Shown in pieces: positions 31,717 through 44,251 of a DNA stretch of 64,000 nt. The first letter of the stretch is position 1; each line of letters opens with the position of its first letter. The notes beneath the pieces were generated by a model. The model did no database searches. It was not told the origin of the DNA and saw nothing but the letters and a program-made list of their open reading frames with translations. The stretch lies in the NCBI GenBank assembly GCA_963796965.1, contig CAWCNS010000007.1:800001-864000 (forward strand), in the 5' to 3' direction. The translations under genes were made by a program, and so were the position numbers. The DNA is from Calditrichia bacterium. GTDB taxonomy: Bacteria; Calditrichota; Calditrichia; JAJRVZ01.

Positions 31717-33147
31717 TTACTCTTTCAAATATCTATCTATCGCCTCCGCCGCCTGGCGCCCCTGGAAAATAGCATGTACAACCAGAGAGGCCCCTTTTTT
31801 GGCATCTCCAGCAGAAAAGACACCCGGAACCGATGACATATAATTATCGTCAGTCCTTACATTTCCCATTTGATCGTATTCAATACCCAGATGTGAGAGC
31901 AAACGATTATGCTGAACATGGATAAATCCCATTGCCAGGAAGACCAGATCTACTTGTAATGAAAAGTCAGATTTTACTATTTCAGACATATTAAATTTTC
32001 CATTTTCACCATCCGACTTCCATACAACCCGGCAAAAGTTCGCTTTGGTTAATTTGCCCTCTTTTCCAGAAAATGATTTTGTTAAGATGCCCCAATCTCT
32101 ATCACAACCTTCTTCATGAGATGAACTTGTTCTGAGTATATTCGGCCAGTTTGGCCATTCCGGATTCCAGGATTCTTTCCATTCCTTGGGTTTTGGCAAA
32201 ATTTCAAACTGATAAACTTTTTTTGCACCCTGCCGATTGGCTGTACCAACACAATCGGACCCTGTATCCCCGCCCCCGATGACCAAAACATTTTTATCCT
32301 TTGCAGAGATGATCTGGCTTTCCTCAATTTCACCATTAACAAATTGATTTGAAAGGGTCAGGTATTTCATGGCCGGATAGATACCCGTCAATTCTCTGCC
32401 TGGAAGGTCAAAATCGCGGTGTTCAGTCGCGCCCGTGGCTATCAAAATAACATCAAAAGTTTTTTGAAGATACCGTGCAGAAAGATCTTCCCCGATATCT
32501 ATATCAGTTCTAAATCGAACCCCTTCAGCGCTGAGCTGGTCTAATCTTTGATCAAGAACCTTTTTATCCAGCTTAAAATCCGGAATTCCATACCTCAGCA
32601 AACCACCCATTTTTGGTGCCCTCTCATAAACAGTAACGGTATGCCCGTCACGTCGAAGCTGCTGAGCAGCTGCTAATCCTGCTGGCCCAGATCCTATGAT
32701 GGCGATATGATTTCCAGTTTCCATTAAAGGTGGCTTTGGCTGTACCCAGCCTTCCTTGAAAGCCCTTTCAATGATCGCTAATTCGATCTGTTTAATGGTA
32801 ACCGGGCTATCATTAATTGCTAATGTACAGGCAGATTCACATGGAGCGGGACAAACACGTCCTGTAACCTCTGGAAAATTGTTTGTCAGTTCTAATCTTT
32901 CATAGGCTTCACGCCACTGATCTTGATAGATCAGATCATTCCATTCAGGAATAAGGTTTTGCACCGGACATCCATAAGATGAATGACAAAACGGAATTCC
33001 ACAGTCCATGCACCGCGCACCTTGCATAGATAGATCTGCTGTTTTTAGAGTTTGAGTAAACTCCTTATAATGTTTGAGGCGTTCTTTCGTTTTTTCTGCC
33101 GCTGCGGTTTGCCTGTTATAATCTATAAATCCTGTCGTTTTTCCCAT
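31717..33147 (-). CDS. gltD: Glutamate synthase small subunit
   Basis: RCMDCGIPFC, GRVCPAPCE, GSGPAG and GGGDTGSDC. Confidence 0.97.
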   Translation of the reverse strand: MGKTTGFIDYNRQTAAAEKTKERLKHYKEFTQTLKTADLSMQGARCMDCGIPFCHSSYGCPVQNLIPEWNDLIYQDQWREAYERLELTNNFPEVTGRVCPAPCESACTLAINDSPVTIKQIELAIIERAFKEGWVQPKPPLMETGNHIAIIGSGPAGLAAAQQLRRDGHTVTVYERAPKMGGLLRYGIPDFKLDKKVLDQRLDQLSAEGVRFRTDIDIGEDLSARYLQKTFDVILIATGATEHRDFDLPGRELTGIYPAMKYLTLSNQFVNGEIEESQIISAKDKNVLVIGGGDTGSDCVGTANRQGAKKVYQFEILPKPKEWKESWNPEWPNWPNILRTSSSHEEGCDRDWGILTKSFSGKEGKLTKANFCRVVWKSDGENGKFNMSEIVKSDFSLQVDLVFLAMGFIHVQHNRLLSHLGIEYDQMGNVRTDDNYMSSVPGVFSAGDAKKGASLVVHAIFQGRQAAEAIDRYLKE

Positions 33148-36100
33148 TATAAATACACCTCTTCTGTCATGCCTACCTGACCAACTTCCTCATACTTTCT
33201 GGCTTCTATTCGCTCTAGAGCGTGCCGGTAGTCAACTGGCATAACACGAACAAAGTAGGGTAACATTTCTTCCCAGTTTTCAAGAATTCCCTTTGCATAT
33301 TTGCTACCTGTATATTCAATATGATTTTGGATATATGTTCGTAAAAACGCCTCATCTGTTTTTTCATTGACTGGCTCAATATCGACCATCTCCAGATTAC
33401 ACTGTGTGTCAAACAATTGATTCTGATCCAGAACATAGGCAATTCCTCCACTCATGCCAGCAGCAAAATTTACACCCGTTTTGCCTAATACAATAACCCG
33501 TCCACCGGTCATATATTCACATCCGTGATCTCCAACCCCTTCAACAACCACAATAGCACCACTATTACGTACACAAAAGCGTTCGCCACTTCGGCCGTGA
33601 ATATAAACCTCACCACTTGTCGCGCCAAATAAATTAACATTTCCGGTGATGATATTGTTCTGGGGTAAAAAAGTTGAGCCCGAAGGTGGACGAACGATTA
33701 ATTTACCTCCCGATAGTCCTTTACCAAAATAATCATTGGCATCTCCCTCTAACTCAAAAGTGATTCCCGGTGCCAGAAATGCGCCAAAACTTTGGCCTGC
33801 AGATCCCAGAAACTTTATCTTTATCGTATCAGTAGGCAGCCCCTGAGATCCATATCGTTTTGAGACTTCTGCGCTCAACATTGCCCCTGTTGTGCGGTTG
33901 AAATTGCGAATTTTTCTCTTAAATTTTATTGGCTCCTGGGAGGTTAATGCGTTCGCACATGTTTTAATCAATTCCCTATCCAACATATTCGAGAAGTCAT
34001 GTTGTTGTTTGATTACACACCTGACCGCCGTTCCCTTTTTAAGTTCAGGTTTATATAGTATGCGTGAGAAATCAAGACCCTTTGTTTTATAATTGCCGAC
34101 GTGCTCATTTACCTCAAGTAAATCGACACGGCCAACCATCTCATCAAATAATCGAAATCCCATTGCAGCCATGTATTCGCGAACTTCTTCAGCAACAAAA
34201 TTCATAAAATTAATTACATATTCAGCCTCTCCGGTGAATCGTTTCCGAAGATCAGGATTCTGTGTGGCGACACCCACCGGACAGGTGTTTTGATGACACT
34301 TGCGCATCATGATACATCCAAGAGATACTAATGCCGCTGTGCCAAATCCAAATTCCTCTGCACCCAACAAAGCACCTATCACCACATCCCGACCTGTTTT
34401 TAACTGACCATCTACCTGGACACGAATACGACCTCGTAAATCATTTTTAACGAGCGTCTGCTGTGTTTCTGCCAGACCAATTTCCCAACTTGCCCCGGCA
34501 TGTTTTATCGAAGATAACGGTGATGCACCGGTTCCGCCATCACTCCCACTGATCAGCACCATTTCTGCTTTTCCCTTGGCCACGCCTGCAGCAACGGTAC
34601 CAACCCCTACTTCAGAAACCAGTTTTACCGATACCCGAGCCTCGGGATTTGCACATTTAAGATCAAAAATAAGTTGTGAAAGATCTTCAATGGAATAGAT
34701 ATCATGATGGGGTGGAGGAGAGATAAGCATAACGCCAGGAGTTGAATGACGCACACTTGCAATCACATCATCGACCTTATATCCGGGTAACTGTCCACCC
34801 TCACCCGGCTTGGCACCCTGTGCTATTTTTATTTGTAATTCTTCTGAATTGACAAGATAATTGCTGGTAACGCCAAACCTTGCCGAGGCAACCTGTTTGA
34901 CCTTGCTTTTCAAGGAATCGCCATTGGGTAGAGGTTTATATCTTTCCTCATTCTCTCCTCCCTCCCCTGAATTGCTTTTTGCCCCAATGCGATTCATGGC
35001 CATCGCCAGGGTTTCATGCGCTTCCTTGCTGATCGATCCAAAAGACATGGCGGAAGTAACAAATCGTTTGACTATAGATTCTACCCCTTCAACTTCTTCT
35101 ATCGGAACCGGCTTACCTTCTTTAAATTTCAGCAAACCCCGGATGGTACTGAGATTTTTTGAAACATCATTCAATTCTGCGGAATACTCTTTGAAGGCAG
35201 CATAGTCTTTTGTCCGAACAGCCTTTTGTAAATTTACTAATGCTTCCGGTGAATACATATGATTCTCACCCGTTTGCCTGAAAGCATAATTTCCCCCGCT
35301 ATCGAGAAGACTGTTAGATTTTCCGATTTTTTCAAAAGCCTCATGATGCCGGCCAAGGGTTTCATCTTCGATGAAATCCAACCCTATACCTCCAATTCTT
35401 GAGGGTGTTCCAGGAAAATAGGTTTGGACAAATGATTCACTTAAACCGAAAGCCTCATAGGTTTGAGAATGCCGGTAGCCTCGCAATGTCGAAATACCCA
35501 TTTTAGACATCACCTTTAACAAACCCTTGTTCACGGCTGTGATATATTGCATGGTGGCAGTTGCAGAAGGTAATGAGCGGCTGATATATCCTCTGTCCTG
35601 GAGATCCGATACGGATTCAAAAACAAGATAGGGATTGATACCACTTGCTCCGTATGAAAGTAGCGTGGCAAAATGGTGTATTTCTCTTGCTTCACCCGTT
35701 TCTAATATCAATGCCGTGAGTCGGCGTTTACCTCGCAAAACCAAGATGATGATGAATCTGTGATATGGCCAGAAGGGCTGGAATGGCTGCCATATCCGGA
35801 TTAATATCGCGATCACTAAGAATGATCATCGAATACCCTTCATCAACCTTTTTTTCTGCCTCAAGGCAGAGTTTCACCAATCCTTTTTCCAGATGCCCCT
35901 TTATTGGCTTCAAAAAGCATTGGAATCAAACAAACACGAAAACCAGGGAGTTGTGAAGATTTTAGCAGCTCAATATCTTCATTTGTTAATGTTGGATTTG
36001 ATAGCTTTAACTGCGCACAATGTTCAGGAATTTCTTCAAGTAAATTTCGCTGTCTTCCCACAAAACTTGAGAGCGACATAACCAGATTCTCTCTGTAGGG

Positions 36101-37677
36101 ATCAATCGGCGGATTTGTAACCTGGGCGAAAGTCTGTTTAAAGTAGTTATACAATAATTGTGATCTTTTTCGATAAGTACAGCCAGAGTGGCATCATTCC
36201 CCATAGAACCCAACGGTTCCTGAGAATTTTTAACCATCGGCGTAATAATTAACTTCAGATCCTCCTGAGTATATCCAAAAGCTCTCTGTCTGACAACCAG
36301 GGTGGTTTTATCAACCATAACATTGTCCAGGGACCTGAAAAAGTCCTCGTAGTTCTATCCTGTTTTCCTCAAGCCAGCGTCGATACGGTTTCCACCGTGA
36401 TACGGCAGATTTAATTTCATTATCTCGAATAACCCGCTGACGATCTGTATCAACCACAAACGTTTTGCCCGGGCCCCAACTTTCCTTTTTCCCTTACATC
36501 AGAAGGGGCAATATCCAATACACCCGTTTCCGATGCCATGATCACCTTTCCTATTTTGTGATCAGATATCGGAGCGGTCGCAGGCCATTTCTATCCATAT
36601 GGGCACCGATCTTTATCCCATCACTAAAAGCAAGCGCTGCCGGACCATCCCATGGATCCATGATAGACATATGATATTCATAAAAAGCGCGTTTATCCTG
36701 ACTGATATGATACTGATTTCCAAAAGCCTCTGGTACCATCATCATCATCGTATGTTCCATCCCCCTGCCACTCATGGTCAGTAATTCGAAGGCATTATCA
36801 AAAATTGCCGAATCACTGGCATTTGGATTAAGAATGGGAAATATTTTCTTGATATCCGATCCAAGATGCGGGTGAAGCAAGGGTATCGTCCCTGGTCATA
36901 ATCTTATTTATATTTCCACGAAGGTATTTATTTCCCCATTATGGGCGATAAATCGAAAAGGTTGGGCCAACGGCCCAGGAGGGAAATGTATTGGTACTAT
37001 AACGCTGATGAACCAGGGCAATGGCACTCTTCATATCTTTATCAACCAGATCAGGATAAAATTCGCTAAATTGTGTGGAGACAAACATACCTTTGTAGAT
37101 GATTGTGCTGGCCGAGAAGGAGGGTATATAAAAGTCATTCATCCCCAGGCCCATTTTTCCAGCGGCAGTTTCAATACATTTTCGGATTATGTAGAGTTTT
37201 CTATTTAGTTTTTCAGAATCCAATTCTTCCACAGCAACAAATATCTGTTTGATTTTTGGACATGACTGTCTGGCAATTTCGCCCAGACATTCTTCATTGG
37301 TTGGTACATCACGCCATCCCAAAACCTTTCCACCTTCTGTTATAACCACCTCTTCAACCATATTGCAAATCGGTTGCAAATCTTTCACGCTGTTTGGAAG
37401 AAATATAAACCCCACACCATACTGCCCCTCAACGGGTAAATCGAAATCAAGTACTTTTCTGAAAAATTTATCAGGAATTTGAATGAGCATGCCAGCTCCA
37501 TCACCCGTTTTCTTATCACTGCCAACGGCCCCGCGATGTTCCAGATTACACAATACGGTTATGCCCTCTTGGACAATTGTATGATCTCTATTACCATCGA
37601 TATTTACCACAAATCCAACACCACATGCATCGTGCTCGAAATCTGGGATTATATAATCCTTTATGTTGTTTACTCAT
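33147..37677 (-). CDS. gltB: Glutamate synthase large subunit, split by multiple frameshifts
   Basis: Starts MSKQHKGLYN.., followed by EHDACGVGF, HQRYSTNTFPSW, DRNGLRP, FAQVTNPPID, AQGAKPGEGGQLPG and C-terminal GXGXG repeats across consecutive ORFs. Confidence 0.95.
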
Positions 37678-37856
37678 TTTTTTCCTTAAGTTTCAGAAGT
37701 AAATATTAAATTATAGTTATTCAATTTCTCACGCAGCGATGCAGAAATGCAGCGAAAAGACTTTCAGAAAAAACCTCCCACAGAATCCTCTTCTTACCAA
37801 GGAGAAGGAAAAAGGGGGTGACATTTTTTACTATATTTATTTTTAATAAATCGCCC

Positions 37857-37902
37857 TGTCATTCCGTCCCCAAACGGGGTCTCGTCTCGGGACAGGATGA
37901 CA
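37857..37902. repeat. REP-like palindrome, family A (short copy)
   Basis: TGTCATTCCGTCCCCAAACGGGGTCTCGTCTCGGGACAGGATGACA, similar to the copies at 57531 and 58957. Confidence 0.75.
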
Positions 37903-37957
37903 AGAATTCGAACTATTCTATATCTTTTACCTTTTCCCTTTTACCTTCTTCTTTTCA

Positions 37958-39301
37958 CTACCCAGCTAAATTCACCAATGCCCTGTCTGCTTTCTCAAAA
38001 TTGAACTCATTTACAACCCGTTGCATTTCATCAACGATTTTTTCATTACATAAATTTTCTATGCTTCCTTCATGTTTATAAACAGTATTTGCCGGAGGTT
38101 TGAATTCACCACTCTCAATCTCCCTTGCCACCTGGTGATAGGCCTCTCTAAATGACAGACCCTCTTCCACGACAAGATTGTTTATCGCCTCTACACTAAA
38201 AACCGATTGATACATATTATCCTTAAGAATATCCTCACGGACTGTAACATGTTGCATCGCAAAATGTAAAATCTTCAAACATTCTTGAATATTAAAAAGA
38301 CCAGGAAGAAATGATTCTTTGATCAATTGAAGATCCCTATGATAGCCGGTAGTCAAATTAGCGGTGATCATCATAATCTCATTTGGTAAAGCCTTTAACC
38401 GGTTACATTTTGCCCGTAATATTTCAAATAGATCCGGATTTTTTTTATGAGGCATTATACTAGAGCCTGTAACTAAAGTATCCGGGAATGATAAAAAATT
38501 AAAGTTTTGAGACATAAATAATATGATATCTGAGGCCATACGACCACAGGTCTCTGCTAATGAAGCGATGGCCTGACTGGTTACACGTTCACTTTTCCCT
38601 CTTCCCACCTGAGCATAAATGGCATTGTAGTTCATCACCTCAAAGCCAAGCAGATCCGTTGTCATTTGACGGTTGAGGGGAAAGGACGAGCCATATCCGG
38701 CAGCAGAACCCAGCGGATTTTTGTTTATAATTTTATAAGCAGCATTTACTTGCTCCAGATCATCGACAAAGGATTCAGCAAAGGCGCTAAACCAAAGCCC
38801 AAAAGAAGATGGCATCGCGGCCTGGGTGTGTGTATATCCTGGCATGCCGACCTTTTTGTAACGCTCACTGAGCGAGATGAGCAGATTAAACAAAATTTCT
38901 ACCTCATTAACAATCTCTTTTATCTGAGAGCGGATAAATAAACGTAAATCAACAAGAACCTGATCATTCCTTGAACGTCCACTATGGATCTTCTTCCCAA
39001 CATCCCCCAAACGATCCGTCAGAAGGAGTTCTATTTGAGAATGTATATCTTCTATACCTTCCCCAATAACAAAGGCTCCTTTTCTTATCTCGGACAATAT
39101 GACAATTAATTCTGTCTTCAGGATTTTCAGTTCATCTTTTTTTAAGAGTTCCACAGATTCCAACATGGTAATGTGAGCAAGTGATCCAAGAACATCAAAT
39201 TCCGCAAGGTACAGGTCAAGATCACGATCTTTACCTACGGTAAATGTCTCGATTTGCTTCTCAAGTGTATCACTCTTTTTCCACAACTTTTTATCCATCA
39301 T
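37958..39301 (-). CDS. argH: Argininosuccinate lyase
   Basis: GRSRNDQV, MPGYTH and GSSIMPHKKNPD. Confidence 0.97.
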   Translation of the reverse strand: MMDKKLWKKSDTLEKQIETFTVGKDRDLDLYLAEFDVLGSLAHITMLESVELLKKDELKILKTELIVILSEIRKGAFVIGEGIEDIHSQIELLLTDRLGDVGKKIHSGRSRNDQVLVDLRLFIRSQIKEIVNEVEILFNLLISLSERYKKVGMPGYTHTQAAMPSSFGLWFSAFAESFVDDLEQVNAAYKIINKNPLGSAAGYGSSFPLNRQMTTDLLGFEVMNYNAIYAQVGRGKSERVTSQAIASLAETCGRMASDIILFMSQNFNFLSFPDTLVTGSSIMPHKKNPDLFEILRAKCNRLKALPNEIMMITANLTTGYHRDLQLIKESFLPGLFNIQECLKILHFAMQHVTVREDILKDNMYQSVFSVEAINNLVVEEGLSFREAYHQVAREIESGEFKPPANTVYKHEGSIENLCNEKIVDEMQRVVNEFNFEKADRALVNLAG

Positions 39302-39371
39302 AATTCTCTTCCTAAGTAGGTAGACGGTAAGTCATAAACAACCAATATTTAAGACCTAACCGAATTACTTA

Positions 39372-39523
39372 TTCTCGCGCCAAGACGCAAAGACGCAAAG
39401 AATTAACACAAAACAAATTTACTATTCTTTTCTATTAGATTTAGTACCCATCTATGTAAAATCTCGTCTTTTTTTATTGTTTTTTTCCTTAAACTTCTTT
39501 GCGCCTTGGCGTCTTTGCGAGAA
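39372..39523. repeat. Inverted-repeat element, family B (CGCAAAG/CGCAGAG octamer arms)
   Basis: TTCTCGCGCCAAGACGCAAAGACGCAAAGAA ... TTCTTTGCGCCTTGGCGTCTTTGCGAGAA flanking an AT-rich spacer. Confidence 0.8.
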
Positions 39524-39566
39524 TTAATTTCAATACATGCCAAGAATTTATCCTTTTTTTTTAAAT

Positions 39567-40649
39567 TTAACTATCTGGATTGCATTTCATCCCCAGGAAA
39601 TGAGTTAGTAATTTTTTATAGATTGTTATACCCTGTTCGATTTCAGCAAGATAAATAAATTCATCTGCTGTATGCGATCTTTCAGACATGCCAGGCCCTA
39701 ATTTTACAGACGGTGTTGGAATAAAAGTCTGATCTGATAATGTCGGAGAACCAAATGTCCCAATACCAATCTCGGTCGCCGACTTTACCAGGGGATGTTC
39801 TAAGGGTATACTTGAGGGCGATAAACTTAAAGAGGGACTCGAAAAAGTACTCGTTGTATTCTCTCTAATAATATCTAAAATTTCTTCATGAGAATAGCTG
39901 TCAACCGTTCGGATATCGACAGTAAACGTGCACCTGTCCGGGATCACATTATGTTGTGTTCCTGATTCAATCATTGTAACGGTCATTTTCACGGGACCTA
40001 GTGAAGAAGATTCTTTTGAAAATGTATAGGTACTGAACCAATTTATATCTTCAATCGCTTTCAGGATCGCATTTTCACCTATATTTCGGGCCGCGTGTCC
40101 TGATTTACCTTCTGCTATGCACCTTAAAACTATAAGACCCTTCTCAGCAACAGCCATTTCCATACCTGTTGGCTCCCCAACAATTGCCAGATCAATTGAG
40201 CCAAGTTCCGGTAAAACAGAACGGATACCCTTCTCTCCCGAGCTTTCCTCCTCGGCTGTTGCCGCCAGGACAATATTGTGGTTTAGATCCTTAAGCCTGT
40301 AGAAATGTAAAAAAGTGGCAATCAGGGAAACCAGTGAAGCCCCGGCATCATTGCTGCCTAATCCATATAATTTACCATTAGAGATTTCTGCAGAAAAGGG
40401 ATCTCGCTTCCAGCTAACATTCGGTTTTACGGTATCGTGATGTGAATTTAAGAGAAGCGTCGGCTTTTCGGGCTTATAATCATCATTAAAGGCGTAAATA
40501 TTATTATACAGACGATGGCAGCTCACATTTTGTGTTTCGAAGAAACGTTGGATCGTGCTGGCAGTCCTATCCTCCTCACCGCTGATTGACGGTATGGCAA
40601 TTAACTTTTGTAATAGATCACTTGCCTTATGTATGAGTTCTTCTGACAT
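39567..40649 (-). CDS. argE: M20 family N-acyl-ornithine/citrulline deacylase (ArgE-like)
   Basis: NSHHDTV, GSNDAG, AEEE, GEPT and HTADE motifs; arg operon context. Confidence 0.85.
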   Translation of the reverse strand: MSEELIHKASDLLQKLIAIPSISGEEDRTASTIQRFFETQNVSCHRLYNNIYAFNDDYKPEKPTLLLNSHHDTVKPNVSWKRDPFSAEISNGKLYGLGSNDAGASLVSLIATFLHFYRLKDLNHNIVLAATAEEESSGEKGIRSVLPELGSIDLAIVGEPTGMEMAVAEKGLIVLRCIAEGKSGHAARNIGENAILKAIEDINWFSTYTFSKESSSLGPVKMTVTMIESGTQHNVIPDRCTFTVDIRTVDSYSHEEILDIIRENTTSTFSSPSLSLSPSSIPLEHPLVKSATEIGIGTFGSPTLSDQTFIPTPSVKLGPGMSERSHTADEFIYLAEIEQGITIYKKLLTHFLGMKCNPDS

Positions 40650-40714
40650 TGTTCTATGCTAGTTTTTGTTTGTTATAGTGCTGCAATGATAAAGTGTATT
40701 AAACACAAAGGTCA

Positions 40715-41506
40715 CTAAGAAAGCACAATCCTCGTTCCACTTCCAGCCCCGCCATCCATGAAGGCAAATAAATCCTCAAATGAAGTGATAGTGACATTCT
40801 GGACACCTTTGTTTAAAGCCCTGAACGCATTATCAATCTTGGGGATCATGCCGGTTACAATAGCCCCATCTTGTTTTAATTGATCATAGGAACCAGGTGT
40901 AATCCTGGGGATAAATGAGGTGTCATCTCCCAGATCTTTTAAGACCCCCTTCTTCTCAAAACAGAAGATCAGATCTACCAGATACTCACTCGAAAGGGCT
41001 ATTCCCAGTTCAGTTGCAATCGTATCGGCATTGGTATTGAGCATCTGCCCCTGACCATCATGGGTCAGAGCACAGAAAACCGGAACAGTTCCTCTTTCAA
41101 TCAGGGCTTTAATTGCTGATGTATTAACCTTAACCACATCACCCACATAGCCATAATCAATGCGTTTCACAGGTCTTTTGATGGCCCGGATTGAATCAAG
41201 ATCAGCACCACTCAACCCCAAAGCCTGACAATTGGCCGCCTGCAAAGCCGCAACAATATTTTTATTGATCAGCCCGGCATAGACCATTTGAACCACATCA
41301 ATGGTATCTCTATCCGTAATGCGACGACCGTCAACCAGGTGTGGTTCGATCTGCATCTTTTCTGAATAAGATGTCGCTAACTTCCCTCCGCCATGAATCA
41401 AAATTTTTGGACTGGCCAGAGAAGCAAACACAGGCAGGAAGCGATCTAACTCTTCTTCTTCATTTATTACTTTTCCGCCTATTTTTATAATTTTTAACTT
41501 CTGCAT
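40715..41506 (-). CDS. argB: Acetylglutamate kinase
   Basis: Start reassigned to ATG 41506 (MQKLKIIKIGG); HGGG, GRRIT, NTNAD and GMIPK motifs. Confidence 0.94.
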   Translation of the reverse strand: MQKLKIIKIGGKVINEEEELDRFLPVFASLASPKILIHGGGKLATSYSEKMQIEPHLVDGRRITDRDTIDVVQMVYAGLINKNIVAALQAANCQALGLSGADLDSIRAIKRPVKRIDYGYVGDVVKVNTSAIKALIERGTVPVFCALTHDGQGQMLNTNADTIATELGIALSSEYLVDLIFCFEKKGVLKDLGDDTSFIPRITPGSYDQLKQDGAIVTGMIPKIDNAFRALNKGVQNVTITSFEDLFAFMDGGAGSGTRIVLS

Positions 41507-41514
41507 AATACTTT

Positions 41515-41618
41515 TTAAACACAAAGAACTCAAAAGTATCCACAAAGGACTCGAAGATATTAAAGTATTTAATTAAACTTTGTGACCTTTGTGTATTCTT
41601 AGCGCACTTTGTGTTTAA
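41515..41618. repeat. Inverted-repeat element, family C (AACACAAAG...CACAAAG arms)
   Basis: TTAAACACAAAGAACTCAAAAGTATCCACAAAG ... CTTTGTGTATTCTTAGCGCACTTTGTGTTTAA. Single arms also occur near 27641, 40699 and 44109. Confidence 0.75.
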
Positions 41619-44066
41619 TCATGCTCCTAATCGTAAGATATCCGCAAAAACACCCGCCGCTGTAACCGCAGCCCCGGCGCCAGGCCCCTTTATCACTAGG
41701 GGATAGTTTTTATAATAATCGGAGTAAATAATTATTATATTTTCACTTCCAATTAATGAGAAGGAGGGATGTGTCTGATCAACCGTTGTCAAAGCAATAC
41801 TTGCTTTGTTGTTCTCATAACGGGCAATATAGCGCAGGACACCGCCATCTTGTTCTGCTTTCAACCGCTGTTTTTCCATTGCCTGGTCATTTTTCTTTAG
41901 CATCGAATACAATTGACTGACCGAATTCGCTTTTTCTGCATCTGCAGGAAGCAACCCCTGTAATTTGATCTGCTTCATTTCAAAGTCATAACCTGCTTCA
42001 CGGATTAAAATAAGAAGTTTACGGGCTACGTCCATGCCATTTAAATCCTGACGTGGATCGGGTTCTGTATACCCCATCTCTTTCGCTTCGCGAACCATTT
42101 GGCTAAAAGGTTTGCTTCCATCAAAATTATTAAAGAGATAACTTAATGTGCCAGAGAGGACTGCTTCAATTTTCCAGATTTTATCCCCACTGGCAATCAT
42201 GTTTTGTATCGATTCGATAACCGGCAATCCAGCGCCCACATTGGTCTCATATTTAAACATTGCTTCATTTTTTAATGCCAGAGATCGTAGTTTTATATAC
42301 TTTGACATGGGTTGTGCATTAGCCATTTTATTGGGCGTAACAATTGAGATACCTGAATCTAAAATTTTATCATAATACCCGGCAATTTTACCACTGGCAG
42401 TACAGTCAACAAAAACGCTATTTGGCAAAGTGACCGCCTGCATTTGGTCGATAAAACTGTCAATATCAGATTTGCTTTTACTCTGTTCCAACTGTTTTTG
42501 CCAGGTTTCCAGATCCAGCCCTTTCGGATTGATTGTCATTTTATCAATATCTGCCATACCAATTAAATTGATGGTGAGGGATCGCCTGGTTGATAAGAAC
42601 TCCTTTTGCCTTACTATCTGGGATAATAATTCGCTACCAATTAAACCGGTACCTATTAAAAAAAGATTTATCACAGTTTTTTCTGTACGAAAAAAATTGT
42701 CATGGATAACATTTAAAGATTTAGCTTCATCTCCCCTGGAAATTACGACAGAAATATTTAATTCGGATGAACCCTGGGCAATGGCAGATATGTTCACACC
42801 ATGATCACCCAATGTTTGAAAGATACGTCCGGCAATCCCTTTAGTTTTTCGCATATTTTCACCGACAATAGCAATGACAGACTTATTTGCTTCTACCGTA
42901 ATTTCATTTATCTGTCCATAATGAATCTCATATCGTAATTCTTTTTCTAATGCCGCCTTTGCTTTTTTCACCGCATCAGGTAACACACCTAAACAAATGG
43001 AATGCTCCGAAGAGGCCTGAGAAATCAATATTATATTGACATTTACTGCTGCCAATGCTCTGAAAATGCGTTCAGCAATGCCTGTTGCGCCAACCATACC
43101 ACTTCCCTGGATCTGAATTAACGAGACCCTATCAATAGACGATAATCCACGAATGACGTCACCATTTTTTGCTGATTTCTTACTGATCAAAGTCCCTTCG
43201 AAAGCAGGATTAAAGGTATTTTTAATCCTCAGAGAGATATTTTTATCCAATGCCGGCTGCATGGTAGGAGGATGGATCACTTTCGCGCCAAAATGAGACA
43301 ACTCCATTGCTTCTTCGTAAGTCATCTGCTTTACTGGGAATGCCTGGGGTACTTTTCGTGGATCTGCCGTAAGGACACCATCCACATCTGTCCAGATCTC
43401 AATTTCTTTCGCCCCGAGTGCCGCCCCAAATACTGAGGCACTAAAATCAGAACCTCCCCGCCCTAGAGTTGTCGTCTCATTATTGGATGTCGCACCAATG
43501 AATCCGGTTATAATATATACACGCTTTTTATTTTCAAATTCTGACCTTATTTTTCGGTTTGATCGTTTAAAATCAACCCGGGCATTCCCAAAGGAATCAT
43601 CAGTGGTAATAAGATTCCGGCTATCTACAAAATCATTATTTAAACCTTTCTCTTTCAAACATTCGCTGATTATAAAAGCTGAGAGCCTTTCACCAAAACT
43701 CATAACATAATCTAATGTCTTTGGTGTTAGTTCTTTAACAAGAAAGACACCATACAAAATTTCTTCCAGATTTTTTAATCTGAAGTTAATTTCATTCAGG
43801 GCTGTTTTGCGGTTTTTCACTGATAATAATACACTTGCAGTATCAATATGCCTTTGACAAACTTCTTCAAGAAGTATTTTATATCTCTCGTTACCAACTG
43901 CTGCCAGATTGCCCATCTTGATCAGTTGGTCTGTAACACCTTGAAAGGCAGAAAAAACCACACAGATAAATTTATTCTTTTTATGTTTTGTCGTAATTAT
44001 TTCCACTACATTCAGAATTCGTTCCGCCGAACCAATAGAAGAACCCCCGAATTTCAATATTTTCAT
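41619..44066 (-). CDS. thrA: Bifunctional aspartokinase / homoserine dehydrogenase
   Basis: KFGGSS, TTLGRGGSD, two ACT domains, GTGLIG, YETNVGAGLP, GYTEPDP and GPGAG. Confidence 0.96.
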   Translation of the reverse strand: MKILKFGGSSIGSAERILNVVEIITTKHKKNKFICVVFSAFQGVTDQLIKMGNLAAVGNERYKILLEEVCQRHIDTASVLLSVKNRKTALNEINFRLKNLEEILYGVFLVKELTPKTLDYVMSFGERLSAFIISECLKEKGLNNDFVDSRNLITTDDSFGNARVDFKRSNRKIRSEFENKKRVYIITGFIGATSNNETTTLGRGGSDFSASVFGAALGAKEIEIWTDVDGVLTADPRKVPQAFPVKQMTYEEAMELSHFGAKVIHPPTMQPALDKNISLRIKNTFNPAFEGTLISKKSAKNGDVIRGLSSIDRVSLIQIQGSGMVGATGIAERIFRALAAVNVNIILISQASSEHSICLGVLPDAVKKAKAALEKELRYEIHYGQINEITVEANKSVIAIVGENMRKTKGIAGRIFQTLGDHGVNISAIAQGSSELNISVVISRGDEAKSLNVIHDNFFRTEKTVINLFLIGTGLIGSELLSQIVRQKEFLSTRRSLTINLIGMADIDKMTINPKGLDLETWQKQLEQSKSKSDIDSFIDQMQAVTLPNSVFVDCTASGKIAGYYDKILDSGISIVTPNKMANAQPMSKYIKLRSLALKNEAMFKYETNVGAGLPVIESIQNMIASGDKIWKIEAVLSGTLSYLFNNFDGSKPFSQMVREAKEMGYTEPDPRQDLNGMDVARKLLILIREAGYDFEMKQIKLQGLLPADAEKANSVSQLYSMLKKNDQAMEKQRLKAEQDGGVLRYIARYENNKASIALTTVDQTHPSFSLIGSENIIIIYSDYYKNYPLVIKGPGAGAAVTAAGVFADILRLGA

Positions 44067-44251
44067 TCACTTCTCCGATACGAATTTACATTCAAACTCA
44101 AAATGTTTTTAAATACAAAGCACACTAAGGAGACTCAAAGATCACAAAGTTATAATTCAATTTAAATGTAGAATTTAGAAATATGAGTTCATAGTATAAT
44201 TATCTCTGTGGGTATAATGTCTAAAATAGTTTCATTTGTAAAATCACTAAT

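Noticed and set aside
24341..37677. Programmed ribosomal frameshifting in hcs, lysX, lysJ or gltB
   Set aside because: No shared slippery motif, and the breaks are scattered over unrelated genes.
39567..40649. M20 peptidase as the missing lysK
   Set aside because: It lies between argB and argH in the arg operon and resembles Bacteroidota ArgE-like deacylases. Moonlighting on LysW-Lys cannot be excluded and is the main alternative to the Ntn hypothesis.
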